A stretch of DNA of 64,000 nucleotides from an uncultured candidate division Zixibacteria bacterium. Its GTDB lineage: Bacteria > Zixibacteria > MSB-5A5 > GN15 > FEB-12. The stretch's first letter is position 1. The number at the start of each line of letters is the position of its first letter. The stretch lies in contig CAVTJJ010000004.1 of the NCBI GenBank assembly GCA_963735035.1, positions 1 through 64,000 of the forward strand, in the 5' to 3' direction. Shown here piece after piece: positions 28,598 through 39,400 of this stretch. The notes below the pieces were generated by a model. The model ran no database searches. It saw only the letters and a list, made by a program, of their open reading frames with translations, and was not told the DNA's origin. A program made the position numbers and the translations under genes.

Positions 28598-29752
28598 TCA
28601 CCCTATCGCTGCGAAGGCTGTCTGCAAATCCGCCAGCAAATCATCCACATGCTCAATGCCCACTGACAGGCGAATCAATTGGTCGGTGATCCCGTGTGCC
28701 TCGCGGATATCTTTCGGGATCGACGCATGGGTCATCGTCGACGGGTGATTGATCAGCGATTCCACCCCGCCCAGAGACTCGGCCAGGATAAACTGTCTCG
28801 TCGACATCACGAACTTCTTCACCGTATCGAAATCGGCGTTCAACTCAAACGAAACCATCCCGCCGGGCAACTTCATCCCGTTCGGCAGCGGCTTGCCGTC
28901 GATCCCGGGGAAATACACTTTCGAGACCCGCTTCTGAGTCGTCAGATACTCGGCGACTTTTTTGGCGTTAGATGAGTGACGTTCCATACGCACGTGTAAA
29001 GTCTTGATCCCGCGCAGCACCAGCCAGGATTGGAACGGATCAAGCACCCCGCCCACGGCGTACTGATTGAAGAATAGCTTCTCGCCCAGCGTCTTGTCGC
29101 GCGTAATCAGCGCACCGCCGATGATATCGCAGTGCCCGCCGAGATATTTCGACATCGAATGGTGCACGATATCGGCCCCGAGCTCGAGCGGCTTCTGAAT
29201 GTACGGCGTCGCGAACGTGTTATCGACCGCCAATATGATACCATGGGCGTGGGCGATTTTCGCCATCGCGGCGATATCGGCAAGCTTTAGCAGCGGGTTG
29301 GTGGGCGTCTCGACCCAGAAGAGTTTCGTGTTCGGCTTGATCGCTTTCTCGAAATTGGCCGGATCGCGACCGTCCACATAGCTGAAATCGAGATTGAACT
29401 GCGGCCGAAGCATCCGCTCGAACAGCCGATGGCTCCCGCCGTAGAGATCATCCACCGCGACCACATGGTCACCGCTCTTGAGAAGATGCATCACCGCTGT
29501 GACCGCCGCCAGCCCGGACGCAAACGCCCAGGCGCCTGTCCCGCCCTCGAGCGCCGCCAGCGCTTTTTCGAGCGCCAGTCGGGTCGGGTTGGCCCAGCGG
29601 GAATAGACATACCCGGTTTCATCGCCGGGGAAATCTTCGCGGTAGGTCGAGGTCGCATATATCGGTGTCGTCACCGCCAGGGTGCCGTCTTCGGGCACGC
29701 GCCCGGCGTGGATAGCCACGGTTTCTATATGTAGTTTCTTGTCATCGCTCAT
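28598..29752 (-). CDS. Cystathionine gamma-lyase/synthase (Cys/Met PLP family)
   Basis: YSRWANPT, ETPTNP, DNTFATP, SMSKYLGGH, ESLGGVESL, IRLSVGIE motifs. Confidence 0.95.
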   Translation of the reverse strand: MSDDKKLHIETVAIHAGRVPEDGTLAVTTPIYATSTYREDFPGDETGYVYSRWANPTRLALEKALAALEGGTGAWAFASGLAAVTAVMHLLKSGDHVVAVDDLYGGSHRLFERMLRPQFNLDFSYVDGRDPANFEKAIKPNTKLFWVETPTNPLLKLADIAAMAKIAHAHGIILAVDNTFATPYIQKPLELGADIVHHSMSKYLGGHCDIIGGALITRDKTLGEKLFFNQYAVGGVLDPFQSWLVLRGIKTLHVRMERHSSNAKKVAEYLTTQKRVSKVYFPGIDGKPLPNGMKLPGGMVSFELNADFDTVKKFVMSTRQFILAESLGGVESLINHPSTMTHASIPKDIREAHGITDQLIRLSVGIEHVDDLLADLQTAFAAIG

Positions 29753-29761
29753 GGTGAATAC

Positions 29762-30769
29762 CTATTTGATAAAGCCTTTTTCTCTCATCCAGTCGTCATT
29801 GTACATCTTCGAAATATACTTGGTGCCGCTGTCGGGCAAAATGACGACAACTACTTTGTCGGCGGCGAGTTTCGCCCCGTGCTTGAGCGCCACCGCAACA
29901 ATCGCCCCCGATGATCCCCCGGCCAGGATGCCTTCCTTGCGGGCCAGATCGCGCGCGACCAGAAAACTCTCCTTGTCATCGACCTGGTACATGACATCGA
30001 CTACCGAGAAATCCATCGTAGGACAAAGCATGTCTTCGCCAATCCCCTCGACCAGATAGGTGTGCGGTTCGATCAGGGTCTTGTCCTTGTGATACTGATA
30101 GTAGACCGAGCCGAAAGGGTCGGCCGCTACCACTTCAATCTTGGGATTCTTCTCTTTGATGAATTGAGCGACGCCCGAGACAGTCCCGCCGGTGCCGACG
30201 CCCCCAACGAAGCAGTCGAACTTCCCTTTGGTCTGCGCCCAGATTTCCGGACCGGTGGTATGATAGTGGGCTTTGATGTTGTCGAGATTGAAATACTGGC
30301 CGACCCAGTAAGAATCCGGCGTCTCGCGGGCCAGACGCTTGCCGGTTTCGTAGTAGCTCTCAGGAGATTCGGCCGGGACCGCGGTCGGACAAATATGTAC
30401 TTCGGCGCCGAGCGCCCTAAGCGTATCCACTTTCTCCTTGGACATCTTGTCGGGTATGGTCAGGATAGCTTTGTACCCGTAAACCGCGGCGAACATGGCG
30501 ACCGACGCGCCGGTATTGCCCGAAGTAGCTTCGACAATTGTTCCGCCCGCTTTCAGATCGCCCCGGGCCACCGCCCGTTCGAGCAGGTAAAGCACCATCC
30601 GGTCCTTGACCGAGCCCGTCGGGTTGAGGGTTTCGAGCTTGACCAGAATCGTGGCCTTGACACCGTGCTCCTGGGGCAGACGGCGTAGCCGCACCAGCGG
30701 GGTGTTGCCAACCGCTTCGGTGACATTTTCGAGGTAGTCTATGTCGTTGACCTTTTTGACGTTGCTCAT
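29762..30769 (-). CDS. Cysteine synthase / cystathionine beta-synthase family
   Basis: GNTPLV, NPTGSVKDR, EATSGNTG, GVGTGGT, VEGIGED, PDSG.KY.SK motifs. Confidence 0.95.
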   Translation of the reverse strand: MSNVKKVNDIDYLENVTEAVGNTPLVRLRRLPQEHGVKATILVKLETLNPTGSVKDRMVLYLLERAVARGDLKAGGTIVEATSGNTGASVAMFAAVYGYKAILTIPDKMSKEKVDTLRALGAEVHICPTAVPAESPESYYETGKRLARETPDSYWVGQYFNLDNIKAHYHTTGPEIWAQTKGKFDCFVGGVGTGGTVSGVAQFIKEKNPKIEVVAADPFGSVYYQYHKDKTLIEPHTYLVEGIGEDMLCPTMDFSVVDVMYQVDDKESFLVARDLARKEGILAGGSSGAIVAVALKHGAKLAADKVVVVILPDSGTKYISKMYNDDWMREKGFIK

Positions 30770-30958
30770 ACCGGGCGTTACAATCCTTTCATCATCTCAG
30801 AGGGCTCCGGACGAATCTGCTGAAGATACAATTCTGAGGCTCCGTCCGCCACTGTCGATAACACAGATTTTGGGGCCATGTGCCTTGACTCAGGCACGAA
30901 GCGACGAGGTCTACAAAGCCGCTTCCCTGTCATATCGAGGCCCGGGCAATTCCCCCGG

Positions 30959-31079
30959 CGTCATCGCGAGGCCGCCTTTGGCGGCCGTGGCGATCTCAAA
31001 TGGTACTGCCACAACAACCTCGAGATTGCCGCGCTACGATGACCCGCCTGACGGCTGGCCATCTTCACTCGCAATGACG
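30959..31079. repeat. CGTC-type REP doublet
   Basis: CGTCATCGCGAGG..GTGGCGATCTC ... GAGATTGCCGCG..CTCGCAATGACG; related half copy at 48040-48092. Confidence 0.8.
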
Positions 31080-31280
31080 AATAGACAGACCTTTTCAATA
31101 CTTCCGACGGTAAAGAAGAAAGTGCCATCTGCCGAAGAATCCGTTTGACAAGGATTCGGACAGGTAATAAGCTTGCGCCCTAGATGTGAGAGTTGGCCGT
31201 CATTACGGCGGACATGCCTTTCATCAGCCGGCCGACAAAGGCGGCCGGGCGGACACGATTTACTTGCAAGAGGTTGTACT

Positions 31281-31454
31281 GTGTACTGCGCCAACTGCAG
31301 CGAAAAGATCCTGGGTGAGCCGCTCAAACAAGGCGGCGAGTGTTTCTGTTCGGTCGAGTGCGCCAATGTCGCGCAGGGAATCGATCCGGACGATCCGATG
31401 GTCTACGACCACGACGAATTCGACGAAGAATACCTCGAGGAACAGGAGATCTAA
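31281..31454 (+). CDS. Small Cys4 zinc-binding (TRASH-like) protein with acidic tail
   Basis: GAGGT RBS, GTG start; CANC..FCSVEC; DHDEFDEEYLEEQEI. Confidence 0.7.
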   Translation: MYCANCSEKILGEPLKQGGECFCSVECANVAQGIDPDDPMVYDHDEFDEEYLEEQEI

Positions 31455-31478
31455 GCGACCGCCGCAGGACGCGGCGGG

Positions 31479-31958
31479 TTAGTCTCGCTTGATCTCGATT
31501 ATCTGATACCTTAGCAGGCCGATAGGGACCTGTATTTCCGCTATATCGCCTACCCCTTTGCCCAGCAGACCGGCTCCGATCGGAGATTTCACCGAAATGA
31601 TGTCGTTGTCGACATCGGCCTCTTCCGGCGGCGAAACGGTATAGATGATCTCTTCACCCCGGTCCAAATCTTTGACTTTAACCTTGGCAAAGATGTACAC
31701 CTTGTCGGACGAGATCTGACCAGTGTCAACCGTCCGTACCCGCGATAGCTTCTCCTGAACCTCGGCGATTTTGCGCTCAAGATGTCCCTGGGCCTCTTTG
31801 GCGGCGTGATACTCGGCGTTTTCGGAGAGGTCGCCCAGCTCGCGGGCGCGTTTGATCTCGGCGACTATTTTCGGGCGCTCCTCAAACTTGAGCCGTCTCA
31901 GTTCCTGCTCGAGCTTGATTCGACCTTCTTTGGTCAGGTAGAGGGGTTCGTTACTCAT
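31479..31958 (-). CDS. greA: Transcription elongation factor GreA
   Basis: ARELGDLSENAEYHAAKE, ISVKSPIG motifs. Confidence 0.98.
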   Translation of the reverse strand: MSNEPLYLTKEGRIKLEQELRRLKFEERPKIVAEIKRARELGDLSENAEYHAAKEAQGHLERKIAEVQEKLSRVRTVDTGQISSDKVYIFAKVKVKDLDRGEEIIYTVSPPEEADVDNDIISVKSPIGAGLLGKGVGDIAEIQVPIGLLRYQIIEIKRD

Positions 31959-32041
31959 CCGCAGGGAATATAACAGATTTTGTACTGTCAGGCAAATCTC
32001 GTGAGGGTTGGTTTGCCGGAGAGCTGTAAGGGCTGTATGTT

Positions 32042-32452
32042 CTAATTGAGGAGGAGCCTGTGTAGTTTAGGCTCTAAGCGATTGATAGACTTGGTCTCAC
32101 ATTCCCAAATCGTGATTATTCGCCAACCAGATTTGCGCAGCAGTGCCCTCTTGGCTTTGTCACGGGCGACGTTTGACATCCGCTTTTGCCGCCAAAAACG
32201 TGCGTTAGTTCGTGGAACGACCCTCCCGTACCGGCAACGATGCATGTGCCAAAAACACCCATGAACGAAAATGACCGTATTCAGTCTTGCAAGGACTAAG
32301 TCAGGCTTTCCAGGCAAATCTTCTCGATGGAGTCGAAACCTCAATCCCATCCTGTGAACAAGGGACCGCACAACTATTTCAGGTTTTGTGTTCTTGCTGC
32401 GAATAGCAACCATGTTACGATGGCGCTGTTCAGGGCTCAGAACATCTGGCAT
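32042..32452 (-). CDS. vsr: Very short patch repair endonuclease
   Basis: NMVAIRSKNTKPE, LPGKPD, FVHGCFWH, IWECE motifs. Confidence 0.96.
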   Translation of the reverse strand: MPDVLSPEQRHRNMVAIRSKNTKPEIVVRSLVHRMGLRFRLHREDLPGKPDLVLARLNTVIFVHGCFWHMHRCRYGRVVPRTNARFWRQKRMSNVARDKAKRALLRKSGWRIITIWECETKSINRLEPKLHRLLLN

Positions 32453-33499
32453 TCAAGCCCCCAGAGTCTGTCTAACAGATTGAATGAAGCGATCCACCGT
32501 GAAGAAATCCATGTTGCTGTTTGTTGGGTATCCTTCTTGGAGTGGCTCTGGCACAATTAGAATTACACGCGCTTCGTACATCTCGTCCAACTGCTTAGTG
32601 GAAATACCTCTCTGCGTCGTCAGAATGTGTTTTACATCGATGCGACGCGCTTCATTAAGTACCTGCCGCCACCGATCCTTGCAAGTCCTTTTGATTCCGA
32701 CCATTATGAGCTTGTCTGTAGGATAGTGTGGATCGTCATATTCCTTCTTTCCTGGTATGATAATGTCCGGCTTGCCGTCGACGTTAGGTCGGACATCAAA
32801 TGGAATAGCGGATTTCCGCAAGACGTGTTCTACATGATTCTCAAGCGATCTGCCCGCTCGTGACTTCCGTCGATTCATAATCGTACCAGCAGACTCCAGA
32901 AAATCATCCACCGATTTGAAAAGACGTTGAATTTCATTCTGGCAAAGCAAACGTTCGGCCATTCTGAATAGCCGATATTCGGCATTAACAAGTTGGATAA
33001 GTTGTACATCGGGCCCGTCATCGCTGAACTGCCGAACACAATTGGTCACCGCGTCTAGCGTCTTGCGAGAAAACTCCGCTGTAGACGGAAAAGTCTCTAG
33101 TGTAGCAGCAAAAGCCCTGAAGTGGCGATCAAGACATTCATCTGTGTCTTCCTCGATCGTGGTCTCAGCTGGATAGATGGCCCACGAGTCAAGTATTTCG
33201 ACTCCAAGTGCCGCCTGGACGTCCTCGATATCATCTTCTATGTCAAGCACGTACGCACTGAACGTTGCCTTCCCCGTGCGTATAAGTACTAGTAAATCGC
33301 CGATATTCCCAGCCGTCAAGTACGGAAAATCCTTGCCGAACCGAGTTAGGCGGTATTCGCTGCGAGTGAGCTTGCCATACCACTTGATCCGTGAGTCAGT
33401 CACCCGCCCGTCCTGCCAAGTGATAGCTACTGCATCCTCGTGATTAACTCCCTTTTCGGGCTTAAGCTCCGTGAAGAATTGCCAAGCCGGCTTCTCGAA
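32453..33499 (-). pseudogene. EcoRII-like type II restriction endonuclease, 5'-truncated
   Basis: TRSEYRLTRFGKDFPYL, NRRKSRAGRSLENH, KPDIIIPG, KRTCKDRWRQVLNEA; no own start codon, abuts a REP at 33500. Confidence 0.8.
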
Positions 33500-34947
33500 G
33501 GTTGTGTCAGTGCCTGCCCCCGACTTGATCGAGATGCCCCGTCCTCGCCGACGGCGAGGGCGGGGGTGTGACCTGACACTTGTCGGTTCGTACACACAAA
33601 TATCCCCAGCGAGACCGCCAGCCCCGGAAAGATCGGCTGGAGACCGAACCAGTAGTCGCCCGACGAGCCCATATACTGCGAGAGCGACCAGACCAGCGCC
33701 ACCCCGCCCGACAGGACCACCGACGCCAGCGCCCACTCGCGACGGCATGCGGCGGTTCCCCACGAACGCCGTGAACACGGGGATCAGCAGCGCCGGGGTG
33801 CCGATCGATCCGAACACATACCAGATTTCTATCACCGAGCGAAATACCAGCGCCAGCACGATCGCCAGGCCCATCGTGACCACCAGCCCTATATGCGTGA
33901 ACCGGGTGACCTGGTCTTCGCCAATAATTCCGAGACGGCGCAGGATGTCGTTGCCGAAAGTCGATGCCGCTATGAACGCGTAGGAGTCGACCGTCGACAT
34001 GACCGTGGCCAGCATCGCCAGAAGGAACAGCCCAAACAGTCCCGGCGGGAGTTCCTGCGCGCCCAGAACCGGAAACGCCGCCACCGGGTCGGCCAGATTG
34101 GGGAGCAGCGCCCGGGCGTACAGACCGCACGACGTGGTCATAAAATCGAATACCGCCCAGCACAGGATTGATAAGTAGATGCCGTTCACTGGCGACCTTT
34201 CTCGGTACGCGCCGCGTAGCAACGCTGGTAGAAGCCGGCTCGATCAGGGTCGACAGCGCGATGACATACCAGACGGCCACGTACCAGCCGGAGCGCCCGC
34301 CGTTCCAGGTGAGATGAGTCGCCGGAAGGTGTGCTTCCAGAAACGATAGTCCGCCGTAACGCGACACCAGCACGATAACCAGTACCGCGAAGCCGAGAAA
34401 CATGAGCACGAACTGCAGGATATCGGTTCGTATCACCGACTTGAATCCACCCATGTACAGGTAGACTCCGGACAAGAAGCGTGCCGAGCACCACACCGAC
34501 CCAGTACGGCCAGCCGAACAATTGCTCGGCCATGACTCCCAGCATGAGGACATAGGCGGTCGGGACCGTCATGGCGAATATGACCATCGCACCCACCGCG
34601 GCGGTCCGGTCGCCGTAGGCATGAGCGAGACGATCCGGGATAGTCAACGCCTCGGACTGGCGCGCCTTCTTCGCGAGGTATAAGGCAAACAGAAACGCCG
34701 CCAGATAGTACGGGACACCGAACACGAGCCAGTTCGAGAGACCGTAGCGATAGCTGTACTCGCTGATGCCTAAGATACCCCCGTACCAGGTGGACACCAG
34801 CGACGCCACAAACGCCGGCAGGGTGAGCATCCGCCCCCCGAGGATGACTTCGGCGGCGGGGCTGTTCTTCCCCAGCCGACGGAAGAACCCGACCCCCATC
34901 TGCGCGATGAGGTACGCGACCACGAGGCTGTAATCAATGAAGCTCAT
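33427..34947 (-). CDS. Sodium:solute symporter (SSS) family, frameshifted; probable thiamine-related transporter
   Basis: STWYGG, GGFKSVIRTDILQF, FYQRCYAA, ATVMSTVDSY motifs spread over four ORF segments; downstream of the TPP-controlled TonB receptor. Confidence 0.8.
33500..33579 (+). repeat. RAYT-type REP with a nested second REP at the SSS/nuclease junction
   Basis: GGTTGTGTCAG..GTGTGACCTGACAC ends; internal GCCTGCCCCCGACTTGATCG also at ~7584 and ~52639. Confidence 0.78.
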
Positions 34948-34979
34948 ATGCAGTTTCAACGTGTCGAAACCTACAATCT

Positions 34980-35365
34980 TTGGATGCCCCGGTTAAACCG
35001 GGGCATGCAGTGAGGCCGCTGTCATTCACGTGCCCGGCAGATGTCCACATCTGCCAGACTCGTACACAAAACATCCTTAGGTGGCCCACCCGTTTGCGGG
35101 CGGGGAAACACATCCACTCACCGGACCAGTACCCCACCCAACGGGTGGGTTGCTAATCTCGACGGGGCGTAAGCCCCGTCAGAGGTCGGGGGCCTATGAC
35201 CAATGCGCTCGGAAGATTCAAATCACTCACCGTTGGCAAACCGTTAGATTAGGTCATCCTTCCGAAAACGAGTATCAAGTCTTCTGCCACCATCGCCGCA
35301 CTTGCCGCCAGTTTCTTTCATTCTGTCGCACACCTCATGGGCACCCGTCTTCACGGGGGTGACGG
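34980..35365. repeat. REP cluster between TonB receptor and SSS genes
   Basis: TGCCCCGGTTAAACCGGGGCA, GTGCCCGGCAGATGTCCACATCTGCC, GTGGCCCACCCG..CGGGCGGG and others. Confidence 0.8.
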
Positions 35366-35389
35366 AACCCGCGGTTCCGTCTCGCTCCA

Positions 35390-37913
35390 CTATAACATCT
35401 CCAACTGCACCTGGCCCCAGAATGACCGCTCCGGCGCCACAAAATACTCCGCCCAGCCGTGGATCGACATGCTATCCGTCATCGTAGTAGTAGTTGCCAC
35501 CGTATCCTGAAGCTTCGTACTTCTTGTCACCCATGTTGTCCACCCTCAACGCCATCGTAATTTCCCAATGCAGAAATCAGGAATCGCATACTGATAACGA
35601 CAGCGATGAAACCACATATGGATCGAGCGACAGATTTCTATGTTCAGCAGGTCCATGTAATGACGTCCCACCAGACGAATTCTGTTCGTCACTCGCCAAT
35701 TACCACGCTCGTAGTCAGTGATCGAGATTCCCGACATAATCCGGGAAATTGACCAGCGTCTTATTCTTGTAGTCTTACTGCCCGGCTCGCCCAATCACGT
35801 GTCCAGAGTGTGTCGTACGCGATAGTTCGACCGAGCCGTATTTTTTACAAAATACTTAACGCGATTGTAGTTGTACGCGAAATTGGAACTGAACTTCAGC
35901 GAGGCGTTCGGCTTAACCGTGGCGCTAAGCTCTATTCCCGAATGCACCGAGCGCCCGGCATTGGTCGTGATCAACAAACCGGTGTTCGGATTGACGCCAC
36001 CTTCCGGGATAATCTCATTGCGGAAATCCATCCAGAACAGATTGCCCTCGAGGGCCAATTTGTCGGTGCGGTACCGGGAACCCAATTCGAAATCATACAC
36101 CCGCTCGTCTTTCATCAGCGGCTTACCAAACTTGTATACGGTGGAGTCGGCGTTGACGCTCTTGATCTGGAGTGACGGGAGAATCGTGGGGTCACCGGCG
36201 TCATAGATAGACGCGTCGGTCGGCGTCCGCGATGACACGGCGAAATTGGTGAACAGATCGATCTTCGGGGTCAAGTTGTAAGTAGCGCCGATCCGGGGCG
36301 AGAAGAACAGCCAATCAAGCTTGTAGTCATAATTGTGAAACGCCCACATGGGTACCTGATCGAAAGCATATCGCTGGAACCTCACCTGGGCCGTTACCTG
36401 CGATGACAACCGCTCGGTCCACTTGCTGTGCGTCTGCGCAAAGAGCGAACCGACCCATTTCTTGCCGAAGTATTGATAATACTTATGCTGCGGCTGAAGC
36501 TGCCCGCCTATATGCTGCGCCCAGACCACCTGGCCCCAGTGATTCGATTCGAAGTAATAGAATGACCCTCCCAATCGGTGCGTATGCCTCCCTCGCTCCA
36601 GAGTCAGGGTCGGATTCCATCCCCACTGATTCTTGTACACCCACTGCTGACGCACCAGATCGCCGGATTCGTATGGACGGTCAGTAGTCGGGTTGATGTC
36701 GACGAACAACGAATCGATATTATAGTCATAGTACGAGCTGCCAGCCTTGTACTGCTCGTAGAACCCTTTTCCCCGAATATAATAGAGCGTATTGGCCAAA
36801 GTCGTCCGGTCATTGATCTGCCAGGTGTTGTGCAGATGATAATGCGGCTGATTGAAGTTGTCGGTCTCATTGGGGTAGGTCAAGCACGTTGCTGCGCCGG
36901 TTGGCGTTGATCGCTTCCCGTGTCGCGCCCCAATAAGCCAGATGCATTTTCATCGGGCCGCCGTAGACGTACAGCTCGGTCGTCATGTGGGCGTCGAGCC
37001 GGGCCACTGAAAAGGCGTACGCCCATCCCTCGTACCAACTGTTCTCGCGATATCCGCCGGTCTTCTGTTTGGAGAAACGGCCGCCGAACTGCCAGCGTCC
37101 GTCGACCAACCCGGATGAATATTCCAGACTCTGCTTGTAGATGTCCGAGAGAAATGCCCCGCGATGCAGATACTCACCGTAGCCAGAGGTCAGTTTAGTG
37201 TACCTGCCCCGAGAAAGCGCACTGGTAGCGACATTGATCGTTCCGCCGAATGACGCGTCACCATAGAGCGAGTTCCCCACCCCGCGTTGAATCTGGATGT
37301 CATCGATGTTCGCCCCGAAATCGGGCAGGTCGACAAAGTAGGTCGCCTGATCTTCGGGGTCATTGAGTGGCACCCCGTTGATGTAGGTCGAGATGCGTTG
37401 ATCATCGAACCCGCGAATGCTGGCATACGAATAACCGAGCGACGCACCGCCGTCGGTGTAAGTAAGCACGTTGGGGGTGGTCTCCAGAAGAAGCGGGAAC
37501 TCGCCGACCGTGTAATCACGCTTGATGTCTTTCGAAGAGAGATCGTCGAAAGCGATCGGCGTTATGCCTTCCTGGGCCCGTTCGCCCCGCACCAGGACAT
37601 CGGTCCCTCGGTAATATTGTTCCTGCAGCACTATTGTGGACGGAACATAACCAACGTTGAATTGGCGCGAGTAATAACCGACCGATGAGACGGTCAGCCG
37701 TGTTACCACTTCCTGACCGACAGGAACCGCCAGGTCCAGGACAAAATAGCCGTCGGTCTTGCTTACTGTGCCCACCGACGGGTTATTGGCGACGACTGAA
37801 GCCGACGGAATCCCGCGGCCTTGCGAGTCGACGATCCAACCTCTGATTTGATCGCCTCGGGCGACCCCCGCGCACAGCGACAGGGCGACCACGAAACTGG
37901 TTGTGAATCTCAT
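35390..37913 (-). CDS. TonB-dependent receptor, probably for thiamine (multiply frameshifted)
   Basis: Signal peptide, SIRGFD, NGVPLND, IQIQRGVG.S.YG plug; FFSPRIG and late beta-strands in other frames; TPP riboswitch upstream. Confidence 0.85.
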
Positions 37914-38005
37914 GACAGTACCTCTACCAAACACGGGTTTAGTAAGATTCCGTCCTGAGTCGATAGGTATGTCCGCGGTATGCGGACCGGTCGATGTAAC
38001 CACAT

Positions 38006-38090
38006 CTCCGTTTCCCTACGCCGGTATTACCCGGATCAGGTCGAGGGGGTATGTTCTCAGCCGGTGTCAGTTACGGCACCCCCAACGGGA
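38006..38090 (-). ncRNA. TPP riboswitch
   Basis: Minus strand GGGGTGCC..GGCTGAGA..ACCC..ACCTGATCCGGGTAATACCGGCGTAGGGA; P1 CCGTT/AACGG. Confidence 0.96.
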
Positions 38091-38217
38091 TCTGCTTGCC
38101 GGAAGTATATACGGACGTGTTAACGCAGAGCGCAAGTGGGTTTTGAGTTGACGTGTTACGCTTGTCGTGGCACATTGTGGCAAGGTAAAGCCGCACCAAA
38201 GCAGGAGAGGCGTCGAC

Positions 38218-38724
38218 ATGAACGGACAGCTACCGGAACAGAGCCAGCCTCAAGGTGTTGTTCTGCAATCATCACCACGAACCAAGTTCCCAATAGGTCT
38301 GCTGCTTGTTATTGCGTTCACCGGGTTGAGCATCCTGTTGCTACTCAGCTGCCTGGCGAACCCCAGATTCATCGTTGGCACCCACATAGTCACGGGCACA
38401 CCGGTAGTTGTTTACGTGCTCGCTGAACTAGGGCTCAATGTCACTCTGTTTATCTGGCTACTCCAACGAAAATACCGTGGGCGTATTCTCGGTATCGCCC
38501 TCAACTCGTACTATGTCCTGTGGACGATTGTCGATTCTCTCATTATTGTCTTTCGTACCGAGGAATTCGTGAAAGCCAACGATCTACTTGCTCAGGGGCC
38601 CTCAAATACGATGTCGCCTGGAGTTACACTGGCTCTCAAGGCTGTGGTTGCCGTGGTGTGTCTGGTCATGAATGGGGCCGTCGTCGCGTATCTAATCACC
38701 AGAAAGCGCCACTTCAAAGAGTGA
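38218..38724 (+). CDS. Hypothetical membrane protein (4 TM)
   Basis: AGGAGAGG RBS; four hydrophobic segments. Confidence 0.75.
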   Translation: MNGQLPEQSQPQGVVLQSSPRTKFPIGLLLVIAFTGLSILLLLSCLANPRFIVGTHIVTGTPVVVYVLAELGLNVTLFIWLLQRKYRGRILGIALNSYYVLWTIVDSLIIVFRTEEFVKANDLLAQGPSNTMSPGVTLALKAVVAVVCLVMNGAVVAYLITRKRHFKE

Positions 38725-38864
38725 TCTTGGTATCAGTACTTCGCACCTCTCCGCACTCCACTGTTCAAAATCTGAACAACCTTGCATAATGGCCCAAATG
38801 CTCAAGAGGCTGCACTGTAACAAGTTGCTGTTCCTACAGTTAGATGTGCGGTCGTTTCCCGGAA

Positions 38865-38880
38865 AGGCACGAGGTTTGCT
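38865..38880 (+). promoter_or_regulatory. Sigma54 (-24/-12) promoter
   Basis: AGGCACGAGGTTTGCT, GG-N10-GC. Confidence 0.68.
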
Positions 38881-38890
38881 GTATACCTAG

Positions 38891-38962
38891 ACTGACTTTG
38901 TTGGGCAACCAGTCCCAGCACTGTTAGACCTTGCCCCCGACTGACCACCGGGGGCTTTTTTT
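38891..38962 (+). ncRNA. Candidate ~72-nt sRNA
   Basis: Lies between the sigma54 motif and an intrinsic terminator; internal hairpin TGTTGGG/CCCAGCA. Confidence 0.5.
38933..38962 (+). terminator. Rho-independent terminator
   Basis: GCCCCCG-9 nt-CGGGGGC-T7. Confidence 0.85.
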
Positions 38963-38994
38963 GTCGGTCTGGGGTAGTCTGAACGGCGTCAACC

Positions 38995-39330
38995 TGGTGT
39001 CGGGTTGCGCGCTCAATTGGTCCTCGCGCGTAACCCGACCTACAGGTTCACTCTTCGCGGTTTTGTATATACGAAGCACCTTAACCTGTCTTGCCCCGCT
39101 TCAGGCGGGGCACCCATCTTCGAGCCGTCAGGGCCGCCGAGGCGGGCCGCCCACATTCTTAGTCACCCTGAGATACGCCTGCCCTGAGCTCGCCGAAGAG
39201 TCGAAGGGTGACGCCAATCTCGCTAACCCGGCTTCGACAAGCTCAGCCTGACTTGTTCTTCTGGCCCTCAGACGTTTCTGCCTTACGGCCGGTTCAATTG
39301 GACCGGTGTCGGGCAGAGACGCCCGACACC
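38995..39330. repeat. REP cluster
   Basis: TGTCGGGTT..AACCCGACCTAC, TGTCTTGCCCCGCTTCAGGCGGGGCACCCA, GTCACCCTGAG..GTCGAAGGG / CTTCGACAAGCTCAGCCTGAC. Confidence 0.8.
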
Positions 39331-39400
39331 ACTCGGTTCGACCGCCCACCACAGTATTGTATTGACGCTCCCCTACGCCACCCGCTAGATTCGCGATTCT

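Noticed and set aside
32453..34222. 589-aa symporter-nuclease fusion protein
   Set aside because: Chance open frame linking a frameshifted symporter fragment, translated REP sequence and a truncated nuclease.
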